From: Trichinella spiralis
Taxonomy: Eukaryota
Reading direction: 5' to 3'
NCBI RefSeq assembly: GCF_000181795.1
Contig: NW_003526943.1
Coordinates: 2,799,666-2,840,739 of the forward strand
Length of the DNA: 41,074 nucleotides
In this document: positions 11,404-24,154 of the stretch, in pieces
Layout of the letters: each line of letters starts with the position of its first letter
Position numbering within the stretch: position 1 is the first letter of the stretch
Made by a program: the position numbers and the translations under genes
The notes under the pieces: generated by a model
Told to the model about the DNA's origin: nothing
Seen by the model: only the letters and a program-made list of their open reading frames with translations
The model's database searches: none

Positions 11404-14400
11404 TTATGTGAGATAATAGCACCAGTAGAAAATATTGAACAGCACAAATAAAGTGGGGAATACGAAACATGAGATGTGGTCGATTTTCAATGCCAGACTG
11501 TCGTAGTCGTAAAATTGGTTCTCTGTCTGATTGGCGGTGGTCTCTTTCAATTTATTGTACGAGTTGGATTGGTTGAGACGCTGTTGGCACTTGCATAAAT
11601 ATGAATATGATTTGGGGAATAAATTCACGTTCATCTGCCTCTGCAAGCCTGGCGGCCTGTATTCGTATGGATCATCGGAATCAAAGAACGGAAAGGCAGT
11701 GGTAACGTTGGTGTGCGAATTGTTTCTGTTCAGATGATGAATAGAATGAAAATTTTCCATATCGAAATTCATTGTGCCATAATTTTTCGGTTCATTTTTC
11801 AACATGACGGTCTTTTTCCTTTTGTGTTTGTGTGAAGACTGATTTCTGGCAGCCGGCGTTGGCGGCCTCTTGAAACCGTTAGCTTTACGACTCAAATAGC
11901 CAACCCACGCCAGTTCAAGCAAAGAGCAAAATACGAATGTCATACAGCTCAACATCCAAACATCTGAAAAACAATTTCAATTATTAATCAAATTCTATTT
12001 CAGAAATTGTTTTTTTATTCATTCCAATTTACGACGTCAAAATTGCAAATATGATATCTGTTCATTTGTATTTATTTGCTCATTAATATTTTTTGATTGC
12101 TTAAAAAACAAACTATTTCATATATATACAAATAATTCATTTTGTTGCTTGTGTGAGAAATTAAACACGAGTTTCAAACAAGGAAAGAAAATCAATAAGC
12201 AATGCAACATTTTCAATCAATTGCGATGACAAAATTGTCGATCGATATCTGTCTATCTATTAATTTAAACTATTGGATAAAGTTGTTGGAAAATTGATTT
12301 CATTCTCTCTCTCTCTATATGCATTTTTTTAAATTTCAATTCATCAATAGAAAAAATATTGAAAAATTCAGAAAACAAAGTTATTCACCTAGTGCAAGTT
12401 TTGTAATTTGACAAAAAATTAACAAACATTTTAAAATTATTGATTGCTGCTCTTTTGAAAAACAGCAATTTATACTGGATCAATTAGTAAATATAATTTG
12501 AAAAATTGTTTTCAAAATGGAATAGAAAATGTGACAAATTATTTGCAAAGAAGTTTATGCGAGTGAATGCTAAATGATGTTTACAAAGAAGATATAATCA
12601 GATGATCGTTGATTAACAACAAACATGCTTGCAATTTTCCGACATCACTGCTTGACAGATGAGAAGCTGGTTGCTTGATGCTTATCACTTCTGCATCCCA
12701 GACGAGTCTGTTATAATCATTCCAATGTTCGATCTATTAAGCATGGTCAAAATTCAATGCCAAATGAAAGAACATTAAAACATTCCCTGCTGATTTGTCC
12801 ATACGCTGACCAGTTTCAGCGAAGCATTAATTCTGCACAAATAGCGCATATTTTCTTATTTAAAGTAAATTAATATTTTCATGTACAATTTTGCTTGTAA
12901 ACGAGAAAAAAGCTGTTGATATAATTTGTCTGTATTAATTAATAATATCTTTACAAGAAAATGCTTCGCATTACACAAAAACTAATATATATAAGGTTTT
13001 CTTCGAAAATTGCTATCAAAAAAATTAACTAGATAACATAGAACACCGAAAATAAAATTCACTCAATAAACATAATAAAAATTAATTCGATTGTTTGGCA
13101 CCAGTTGAAACAAGCACAAATCACTTTTGAAACATTTAATGAAATAAATAGTGAATTCATTTCGAAACATGAAATGTGAAGAAAAATCATCGAAATTTAC
13201 AATTTCATTTCAAAATTGAAAATATAGAAAAAAAAGGCGTGATTTTTAAAAAAATTTGAAAATAAAATAAAAAATTACTTATTCTGTATATTCAGAGGGA
13301 AAAAATAAATTAGCATGCTACGTATGCCTTGTCGTGAGAACTGAATTCAAGAAAACTAATTGAAAATATTGACCTAGCATAATTCTTGCTTTCGAAAAAA
13401 TTGATCTGCCACCTCAGGACAGAAAATACTTACCTGAAATTGTTCTTCCGTTTATTCTTGCTTGGCACACTTTCAAATAAACAATTCATATTAAACTTTA
13501 AAGAAACAGTTTGTTTGGTTTTTTTTGTTTTTTATAATAAAATAAATAGTATTTCAAATGCAGTTCATTTTCAAATAAAGCTGATTAGCAATAATGTTCA
13601 CTTTTGTTCATGCTTTCTTTTTTACATTTCGCAATGCTTTTATAAATAAAGTTCGAATATACTTACCAATAGCTTTGACGTATGAAACACGAGGTAGATT
13701 TCGAATGACATTTCCAAACTGAAAAGTCATGGCCAACAATGCGTTAACGCCTAGCATTGTGCGGGCAGGAATGGCTTTGGTTCCAAGACAAAATGCAATC
13801 CAAGAAATGAATATAGTAAGAAATGTTGGCAAGTAGGCTTGTAAAATATACCAACCTGGTCGACGTTTGAATTTAAATTGCATCGTTAGCTCATGCCATT
13901 TTCCAGCTGGATAAGACTGAAAAATACAATAAGTTGATAATGAGCACAACAGTGGAGAAAATACGCACCACTTCATTTCTGAAATTGACAATATTTTCTA
14001 GCATATAATCTGCGAGTTCCATTTTTTCTCTCATTGGTTCGACACCAATATCGGTCCATGACATTTTCACCTCATCAGTGTTGTAATTGAAACTTTCAAA
14101 AGTCAGTTGACAAGTGACAGAATCGAAAGGAAACGCTGTCAAATCCATCGTACAAGGGCCTGTTAACGTCAGACGATAATTGGTCCAAACTGTTCCATTT
14201 GGATAAATGAGGAGAAAAATGTTTGGAAAAGGCGATTCATGAATTTCCGCAGTTTTGCTGTTGATAAAGCATGAATTTGGCGTCCAAAGGTGTTTCAGTA
14301 TTTCATTGTTCAATGAGAGATTTTGCTTGCACGGATTCATATGAGAATAACTGAGGGCAGGATCCAGCCATAATTCACTGACATAAAGATCAATGTTAAA

Positions 14401-14643
14401 ATCAGAAGTTATATCTGAAATGGAAGTAATCTCTTGGACCCAAACTTCAAGCTTTACGGAAGCCATTCCACCTGGCACTTTGTTTCTATTATAAGTGCTG
14501 AGAAGACGTTCGATAATTTCTGAATCTTTAGTACACCGAGGAAATTCCGCTTTCCACAGTGAATGATGCTCAGTGTAGGCAAAACTCGGCAAAATGCGTA
14601 CAACAAATAAACAAATCCATGCATAAGTAAAAAAATTCGTCAT
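11404..14643 (-). CDS. Cys-loop ligand-gated chloride channel subunit, nematode ACC/LGC-46-49 group; 3 exons, about 494 aa
   Basis: Exons 14643-13969, 13916-13667 and 11963-11404 are phase-consistent. Signal peptide, [12 protein letters not shown], Cys-loop [15 protein letters not shown], anion-selective PAR motif ([21 protein letters not shown]), [15 protein letters not shown]4 [15 protein letters not shown]. Confidence 0.92.
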
Positions 14644-17600
14644 AATTTTCTAAAATTGTTATTTTCAGTTACATTTTAAACAAATTTGTCAATTCTTACA
14701 CCATATATTTTTGACGGAAGAGAATCAACATGGGAAAGAATGCTAACTTAAAATGCTGTTGCCACAATTGCACCACGTGCTGTGGTTTGGATTATTAAAC
14801 TAGCGCATCAAACAAGTACAATGCTTTGGAATGTAATAATCGATCATTTCCATCTATTGTTCATATTCGATCAACAAACCACAGTGATGACAAATAATAA
14901 TTATCGAACCGAAGACAATAAACAGCAAAAATTGTAAAGCAGGAAAAAGATGAACTGCGTGAAATTGGAAGTAAGTTGACATAAAATTATCCAAGTTCAA
15001 TGTAAAAGTTGTAACAGTTGCATGCATAAGTGTTGTGATATAAGTGATGGATTTTGTTCAGCTGAGCAAGATTTTGGCAAGTTTTCTGGACAACCCAAAT
15101 TGCACGCATTTGAAAAGCTTGCCTGACGGTCTGGACTGGAAAACAGCTCGACGGGTTAACATTAGCGGCAAAGTAGAATGACGAGGGTTGACGACAAGGC
15201 TAAAAATCGATTCGTCTAAACTGGCAAGCGGCTGTTACACTGCGACGTTTCCTCACTTTGCCACGTTCTTATGCTTGGAAAGGATCGCTTTTAAACGTAT
15301 CAGCAGCGTTTATGAAGACATCCAATCGTAATAAGTCAACGATCGAATCAAAAGCGGGCAAATCAAGTCGACGCAGTCGTCCTACTCTTTATTTATAACT
15401 TGATAGTTAAAAATTGCACATTAATTCTTGCTTTTTGTTAATTTGTAATTTCAGTGCCGTTTATTCGCTTCGCTGAACTGTTTTCCAATTCATTAAATCT
15501 TATCAATGAATTTGCATGTCGAATTAACATTCTTATTCAAATAGAAAATCCACAATTCAGCTTGACAAACAATTGCTGTCACGTTAGCACATTTGCTTCA
15601 TTTCAACGAATTTGTCTGAAGGAAATTTTATAGATTGTGATATTTTTTTGGCCATTCAAAGCATACGTCTGGTTTAATAATAGGTTTTATTATATTACGT
15701 GATCAGAATTGTACACACCCTCCTTTTACTGAACACTTTTTAACGTATAGTGATGACGTTCAACATAATGCTGATTTGTTATTTATTAGTCTTGAAATGC
15801 TAAATTATATGAGAAATAAATAAAAATTTTATTGTTTTTCAAAGATTCTTGATGCATTATGCAGAAAAAGGTTTGATTTCCTCATATTTTTCTTACTTTC
15901 ATAATTGATAAAATAGTTTAACATGATATAATGTAATTTTTTAGTCATATTAAATGCTTATTCATGAAATTTTACTTACGTTTCGATTATTCAACATTTT
16001 AATCATTCAGCACTTACGTTTCAATTTCAAAAGCTTTTTAAAAAATATCGCTGCACAAGAAATTGAAACTTATGAATTTGCTTATATAGATTTTATTGAA
16101 TTTTAGCCGAAAGCATACAAATGATGGCAGTGATTAAATTACTAGCATGACATAAAAGTTAACCTGTTAATTATTTTTTACAGTTCATAGAAATATTGCA
16201 GTATCCTAAATAGGTATTACTTTCGAATTTATCATTGAATAATAACAACATTTTATATATTTAAATTATTTTATAAATCTAATCAATATTTGAAAAAATG
16301 AAGCATTGCATTTTATAACTTAATTTTTGTTCAAAATTTTCATAATATCAAACTATAACAGTGAATGGTTTCTCATAAATATACATAGTTTAAATTAATA
16401 TTCTGTTATACTTGTTTGTAAATCTTTTCCCAATAATTTTTTATACTTGAAATATTGCTCCATAATAATTTACAGAATCTACTGCTATTTAAACGCAAAT
16501 TATTCATAGAAGAATAATTTCAGATTTACTCAAAATAAGTGAACTTAAATCTGGTATGTAAATGGAAACAACTTTGGACATACAAAAATTTTATTTTCTA
16601 CTTTTAAAATTTATATCACATCAAATATTAATTTTTATTTACTTTTAAAACTTTATTTTTATTATGATTAACCTTATTAAATATTTAAAGTTTTAGCATA
16701 AATTTTTATAAGCATTTTATCCAATAAAATGAAAGCAAAACATATTAAAGTAGATATACAGTGTAAATGCCTGCAGTAAAGTAATTGTGCTTCATTATAA
16801 AAACCTAACTAAGATATTCAAATTATATAATGCTTATAAAATTAAGGGAAAATTTTTTAACTTGTTTGACAGTGCAACAATTTAAATTTCTAGCTTTAAA
16901 ATTGGTAGATTTAAGCAGCAGATAAACTAATGCTCGATAAGAATAGCAATGAGGCAGTAAAAATGAATAGAAACGAAAATTTCCAATATTAAATAATATG
17001 CATTCCTAAACTAGCTTACCATGCTGATCTGAAAATCAATAGAAAAGTTTAACAATGTTTGCTTACTACAATAGGAAAAAATTTATAAAATACTTCTTCA
17101 GATATTTAAAACGAAACTAAAAGATTTTTTCATTTTATCTTTAGTATTCAACTCATATTCATTCCTGCTATTCAAATAGTGCTGCAACTGATTTCAAGTA
17201 TAATTTTCTGGTGTTTTTCATAATAACACAAAAACAAAATGTATGATGCAATTTTAATAAAGAAAACTAAAAATCAGCATAGTACATTAAAATTGCAGGT
17301 TTCATAGTGTTGCAATTGGAGGTTTTACATTATTTTGTTTGAAATTTAAAAAATTTTTATTATATTTGTCTTTTAATAAGAGCTATATATTTTAATTTTA
17401 AATAAATTAGAACATTTACATTTCAAAGACAACTGTTTTGCATACAGTAATATGAGTGATGCGTCATTGGTTATGACACTTCATATTTTGTTGTGCTTTA
17501 AGTGAAAAATAACGCTAGAATACTCAGGTTCTAATTTTTTAGTTTAATCATATTTGTTACATCTTACTTAATTTTGGAATTACTATATTCTTTGATTTAT

Positions 17601-19170
17601 ATCACAATATTGCTTTCAACGCATTGCAATAATAGCATGCATTATTATTTCCATTTAATAATTATAAATAATATAATTACACTTTTTATGCAAAAAAATA
17701 AACAAATTCCATAAGAATAATCTGATTAACACTTTTAGTTTTTAAAATTATATAATATATAATATGTGTTGCGCATAAAGTAATGCCTCATTATATATTA
17801 AATTCTCAAGCATTATGGGGCAAGGGCGCCTGTTTTCTTAATTATTTTTGTACAGACAGTGTGATGCATAACTTTCTTATGCATGCATTTAGTAATATTT
17901 ACATATTTAATTTTCTGAAATTTATAAGAGCAAAATCAGTAAATACAAAAATCAGATTAAATAATCATTTTGAAACAAATTTAAAATTACTTATTAATTT
18001 CTATTAAACTCTGAAGAATACTTACATTCTTTCAATTCTGTCAATACGTAATTGCTTAAATGCATTTAAAGCTAATTTATTAGCATATGTTATTTAGTGA
18101 ATTTATGAGATTTATAAAAATTTTTAAATTAAAGGAATTTTATGTTACTAAAATATATCAAAATTTTTATTAACTCTAAAATATAAATAAAATGAAATCT
18201 TAAACAACTTCACTGAATCAAATTTGCCTTCGCTTAATAAACACTAATTATACTCTCTTTTATTGACTACATTATAACTTATCCTGCCATTCCTTCAGTT
18301 TAAATATTCATCCTAAACTTTCAATTTTAAAAATTATTTCTTCAAATAATAAGCACTTTTTGATAAATTTCAGTGTTCAATAAAGAAATCATTATTTACT
18401 GAATATTTAATTCAAACTTAAAAGCTGTAGCTTCATTACTTTGATAACTTTGGCAGCTTAAATTTCAAACTGTTTACATACTTGAACTATTCATGTAACA
18501 TGCTTTATGCGTTCTGTTTGTATTTAAAAAAATATGCTAATACATTAGTTAAAACAAAGAAGTAATATATGTCATTTAATCTATGCAACAAATTGTAATC
18601 ATAGATTTTTGTAATGAGTATTTATAAGGTTTCATCACTGATTGAATGAAGTTTCTATTCATATTTAGTGGTGAATGTAAATGATGAAACTGTAACTTGC
18701 TAGATTTGATTAGACAAAGATCAGCTAAACTGCAATGAGTTTTCAGGCAAAAATCGAACTAGATTAAATCGACAGTCAGAAATAAGAGCATTATTGAAGA
18801 ACAGCATAAGTAAAGGGCTGCATTTGTAAGAAGGCAACTTAGCACTGAAGAGAGAAATAGTAACACCAGTAAACTACCTTAATTCAAATTTGATGATATT
18901 ATGTATCATTTTATTGACTATCGTGTGAAAACTGCACTTGTTGCCAGCTGCGTCTATTTCTTTTATCTGAATTGCCATTAACCATCTAAGCAAGTTGGCT
19001 TACCTTATCTTTTGTTTTTTGGTCAATATTTTTTAAATAGAACTCTTTTACTTAAAAGCAGCTTATACTGCAAAGATTTTTATTATAACTTGTATTTTTT
19101 AAAGAATACTGATTTCATTTTTTACATGAAAAGTACATTGATATTGTGAACCATCAGAATTTGAAACATA

Positions 19171-20519
19171 TCACGTATCATTATTGATTATCAATGATGC
19201 CTGATTGGAAGAAAAGAGAAAAGAAGACGCTGAATGCTCATTTCCGTTTGTACGATAAACTTCAGGTATCCAGAGTTTGGCAGTAAAAGTATTCCCATTT
19301 TCGTATTTTGAATCATTACGACTCCAGCTCATGGAATGCACTCCAATTTGGCTTTGTTTTTGAAAGTGCTGCTGTGCATTAACTAAAATAAAAAATACAA
19401 CTAAGCAGAGTCCATTATTTATTATTTATGCATATTATTTATATTGTAATTATACTACATGTATTATTTATAATGTATCATTTTTGAAAAATTACTGAAC
19501 AGTAGGAAAGCAAGTGACAAAGCAAAAACTTTTGCAAAACTTAGATAACAGCAATTATTTTTTAATTTAAATTTTACATTAATCAAAACATTATTTTTAT
19601 AAGTTGCTATTCAGAAAGTCTTATTCTGCAATACAAAATTTTTCTAGCCTTATGAATCATTTTAAATTTAAATACTTTAAAGTAAAAAATTTAATTAAAA
19701 GTAAAGTCTAAATAAAAGATAATTGCTTTCATTATATTTCAAAGCAACAGTTCATTGAAAGAAGTATAAAAAATCATAAAATAAAAATTATCTGCTCTTA
19801 CCATACTGATTATTAATTTTTCCTTCTGTTTCTGACAAAAAGATCGTTTCACTCAACCCACTCGAACGATTATTAGATGAAAGCAAATCACAAGGCAATT
19901 CATTGGGTTCTTTCTCTAAAACTTCCTGCAAAAACTGTATATATCCAATAGCTAGTTTAAGAGTATCAACTTTGGAAAGTCGTTTTTCATAAGGCAGCGT
20001 TGGAATGCGGTGTCGAAGACCATCAAAAGCGTCATTAATGCTCTGCATTCGACGTCTTTCGCGCAGGTTTGCCGCACGTCTTTGTCGTAACTGAACTTCA
20101 CGATTTCGATACCTCTTTTTAATCTTTTTTTCTTGTTTTTTTGTAGGCGGTGGTATTGCAACTTGAGTTAGAAAATCAAAATTATTTTCTTCACCATCGC
20201 AATGTAGATCAGCAACAGAGCCAAAATCCATAGATTCTGAGCTGAAATTTCCTCTATCTGTCAAAAATAATTCTGCTGACGATTCAGAAATGTGGCAATT
20301 TTCTGTATAAGGAAAAGCTTCGTGGTTCATTACAGCATTCATCATTCCATGCAAACTCTCATTTCCATTGATATGAAAATTTGACGCAGCTTGACTGTTG
20401 TACATGTTTTCAAAATTGTTGTATGAATTAAAATCAAAATTTTGCTCTTGCATCATCAGAGATGCATCTGAATAAGTATTTTTCAATCCTGAAACTGTTC
20501 CAAAAAAGTTATTCATCAT
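19171..20519 (-). CDS. PTF1A: Pancreas transcription factor 1a / Fer1-type bHLH transcription factor; 2 exons, about 309 aa
   Basis: Exons 20519-19802 and 19382-19171 with a phase-1 intron. b[55 protein letters not shown]; exon 2 encodes HSMSW and TAKLWIPE. Confidence 0.92.
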
Positions 20520-23500
20520 AACGTATAAGCAAAATAAAATACAGTGCTGATTCGGAAAAATTATCGCCAGTGGCCAAAACTGGCGCTTAGTGCTTAATGT
20601 TGAGCACGATCGGTTTACCAAATAAATAGTGGGTCACAGATAACACTAACTCCGCCCAGTGCATTTCAACCAATGGCAGCTTTTCACTGTCTCCATTAAA
20701 TTAATTATCACTTTACTGCTTTGCTTGAGTTTGTTAAAAATATATTTGAAATTTTAGTATTCAGAAAATAAAATTAATCATTTTTATTTTGCAACTTCAA
20801 TTTACTTTTATAAATATTCTTTCTTATTTTTATAATGAAATACCTGAATTTGATTTATTAGAACCATTTAAGATATAAACTTGATTTCTTTACTGCACTT
20901 TATAAGCATGTTATTTATTAAAAAATTCAGTAACATGTTTCGTAAGTTATGAAAAAAACTGTGACTTATTTTCATGCTGAAAAAATAAAATTTTTTGGTG
21001 ATTAATCATGCCAGCACCAATTTTAAAACTTCACGCACACTCTGCTTAGTAATAAATATAAGGTAACGCCATTATGGCCACATATATGTGTATATAATAT
21101 TTTTATTTGAGAAATTTTCATTCTTGATCTAGAGAAATGACTTTAAAAATTAACTGAATTATGAGTTAGCATTGCAAAATACTATAAAATGAAAACAATA
21201 GCTTTCGCATGTTATAAATTTTGCTGAAAACTAAATATCTTCAGAATAAATTCAAATAATCATATTTTTAGCAAATCAGTATATTAAATTTCAGGCAAGC
21301 ATACTGGTTACAAAAACAAATTCTGAATCGATGTTTATTCGATAAAGATAAAATAAAAAATGACAAATTCATGATTCATCTTGTTTTTTATTATAAATTT
21401 GAAACGTTCACACTTAGCTAATTAGCTACATATAATCAATCACTCTTAATTCGACAGCACAGTGATTGCATAACTTTACACCAATAAGATAATTATCAGC
21501 ACGCTCATTATCAATGCAGATTGAAAAGTGAATCATTTTACAGTAGAATGACTGTAAATAATAATAATGATAAATAGGCTTATTTTTGACTCTTCATTTT
21601 ATTTTATTCGGGAACAATTGAATTTTTACTGTAATTCGATTGGGCAACACAAATCACGTCTGCTTTCCTTCGTACGCCAGTCAGAATTGTTGACTAATCT
21701 ACAGTAAGAACGACAGAGTGACTTCGTTGCACAGTTAATCGCTTGCTTTTATGTCACTTGACTTATCAATATTATTGGTCAGATGATGCGAACTGCACGT
21801 GATGAATTTTTTTCTTTTCTGCCATATTGCTGTACGCCAGATTAGTATATTTGTATACCAAAATTATAGACAGAGATGAGCAAACGTGTAAAAATGATCG
21901 AAAGGTGACAAGTTCAATTGACGCTGTTTAATCAAATTAATGCTTTGTTACGTTTTAAGCATACTTGGTGAGTGTTATCCACTGACCTATAACAAACTGA
22001 AGATGTTGCCCGTTCATGATACTTGACACCAACAAAGTACATAGATGGCCAGTTACTGTCGACCAAAATTCAGTTCACTGGTATCAAAAAATTGCAGTGA
22101 CAAAAAAGAAATATTCTGATTTTTCTCTGTACAAGTAATATAAAATAAGAACATAACATAATAATGCATATTGCATTTATCGTTTTCAACTTCAGACAAA
22201 TTTAGGTTTGACCTGTATATTTAAAAGAAATAAAACTGTGCATTGTTAATTAAAAATAAATGTTATACAGAGAAATCCTGAACAAAATTTTGCATCTTAT
22301 TACAATGACTGGAAATTATTAATGTTTTTTTACAGTCGCTAATTTTAAAATGAAAACGTGAAATATATAAGTTTGGAACAAAAATACTTTTATACTTAAA
22401 TTTTTTATATTTATGATCATTTTATTTTATTTTTGGTACTTAGTACATTATAATTGTTTAAATATCTTAATGATAAAATTATTTTAGTTTTAATACAAAA
22501 TTGACATTTTTATTAGATTTTTCAGACTATTACTATCATTAACAATTCTGGAGTTTAGAGAGATCCCATTCCTTCAGTTTTGAAATGAACTGCAGTGTAT
22601 TATTTATTGTTCACTTTTTCCGTAATTTGTGTACGAGGTTTCAATGCAGCTTATAATTTCCATTTTTCTTCTAAAATGGTAAAACACGAGCTATTTTTTA
22701 ATATGTTAACCCTAAATAATCCAAAAATCCTGATTTCAGACGATTTCTTTTTTCATTTGTTAAAGAAGCAGCAAAGCAGTTTTGTCGCAAGACTACGATT
22801 GTATTACGCAAATCTTTCTTCCAGACTAATGAAAAGAATAAAGAGCGTCTTGCTTGAGCAACTAAAAGTAGCTTTTATAGCTTGCACAGACAGCACCAGG
22901 TGTGTGGGTTAAGAACACTTAAAAAGCTTGTGCATCATTTGATCAGCTATTAGCAAATATTCAGAAAAGCTTACGATATATTTGCACTGGCTACTATAAG
23001 TATTGTATTCCGGTGCGTCAGCTGTAATCATCAATTAAAGTACGCCGCATTGATTGACCTGAATTACTGTGAACACAATTATAACAGATTGGAGATGTAA
23101 GTTTTGGACTTTTCAACGAGTGAAGATTTGCAGCAGTCATATTTGCAATTGACGTGTGAAAACAATATATATATATATATATACAATGAAGATGAGCAGT
23201 TACAAGAATAAAATGTAAAATATGAAAATTTATATTATGACATTACTGTGATTCATTAGTAATGTACATATATGTTCATTAAATGCCTGATTATAAATAA
23301 TTGCATTTCATTCAGATTTATGAAGTAATGAGCAGCAGAAGAAAGTCTTAAGTTTTTATTTTTTACTTTTATTTAATCTGCTTAAGTAGAATATTTTAAA
23401 TGAATTTTTATCAAAGCAATGCAGAATACGCTGTAGTTCTGCATTCACTTGAATAAGAGCTTTACAATAACAGCTATGCCGTCGTTCCTGATTATAATAT

Positions 23501-24154
23501 ATTTTTTGCACATGAATTTATTGCACTTCTTTAAGATCACCTTTATTCTAATATACGCATCATTACAGAAAATACAATGTCTGCACATGCAACATTGCAT
23601 ATGTTTTCAATGTCAACAATTCTTTTACTTTCAAATAATTTATAATGATTTGCGCAAACTGATGAGTTTGAAATTTGATAATAAACAGATTTAAAAAGTA
23701 AACATTTCACAGATAGCTTTACGAATTCAAGCATTTTAGTTAAAGTAAAAATTTAGAGAGCTGAATAAGTCGAACTTCTAGCATCAGAGAAGCATGTCAG
23801 TAATTAATCTTCTGCATTATTAAATTGAACTAATTACTCAACTAACATTGACAATCTTTGCAGCAGTGCTTTAGATTAAAATTCGTGTTTTGATAAAAAA
23901 CAAATTAAATTTTTAACAAATGAAATTTTATTTTATAATTTTCTCAAATAATTTTCCCCTCATTTTCAAAGACAACTAACAGAATAAACAGCTGCAATAG
24001 ACAAAGCGTAAGCAGCACATAATTGAGTGCTACCCGTCATAATTGAAACAAATTGTTTAATTCTACACGTCCATCACATAAAATGAGATGGGCAATAAAC
24101 ATTTTACCAAGATAAGTAAAATTGACTAGAAGAAAATCACACTGAAAAATGTTT

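Noticed and set aside
14729..14780. ATGGGAA CSL-like site with nearby E-boxes upstream of the channel gene, suggesting a PTF1 target next to Ptf1a
   Set aside because: Spacing does not fit the PTF1 composite site, and such short motifs occur by chance.
15400..19100. Long AT-rich intergenic region including ORF 17783-18007
   Set aside because: No coding signal, terminal repeats or recognisable transposon remnants.
22595..23734. ORFs 22595-22912, 23449-23694 and 23543-23734
   Set aside because: F/I/L/K-biased translations typical of AT-rich non-coding DNA, with no coherent splice model.
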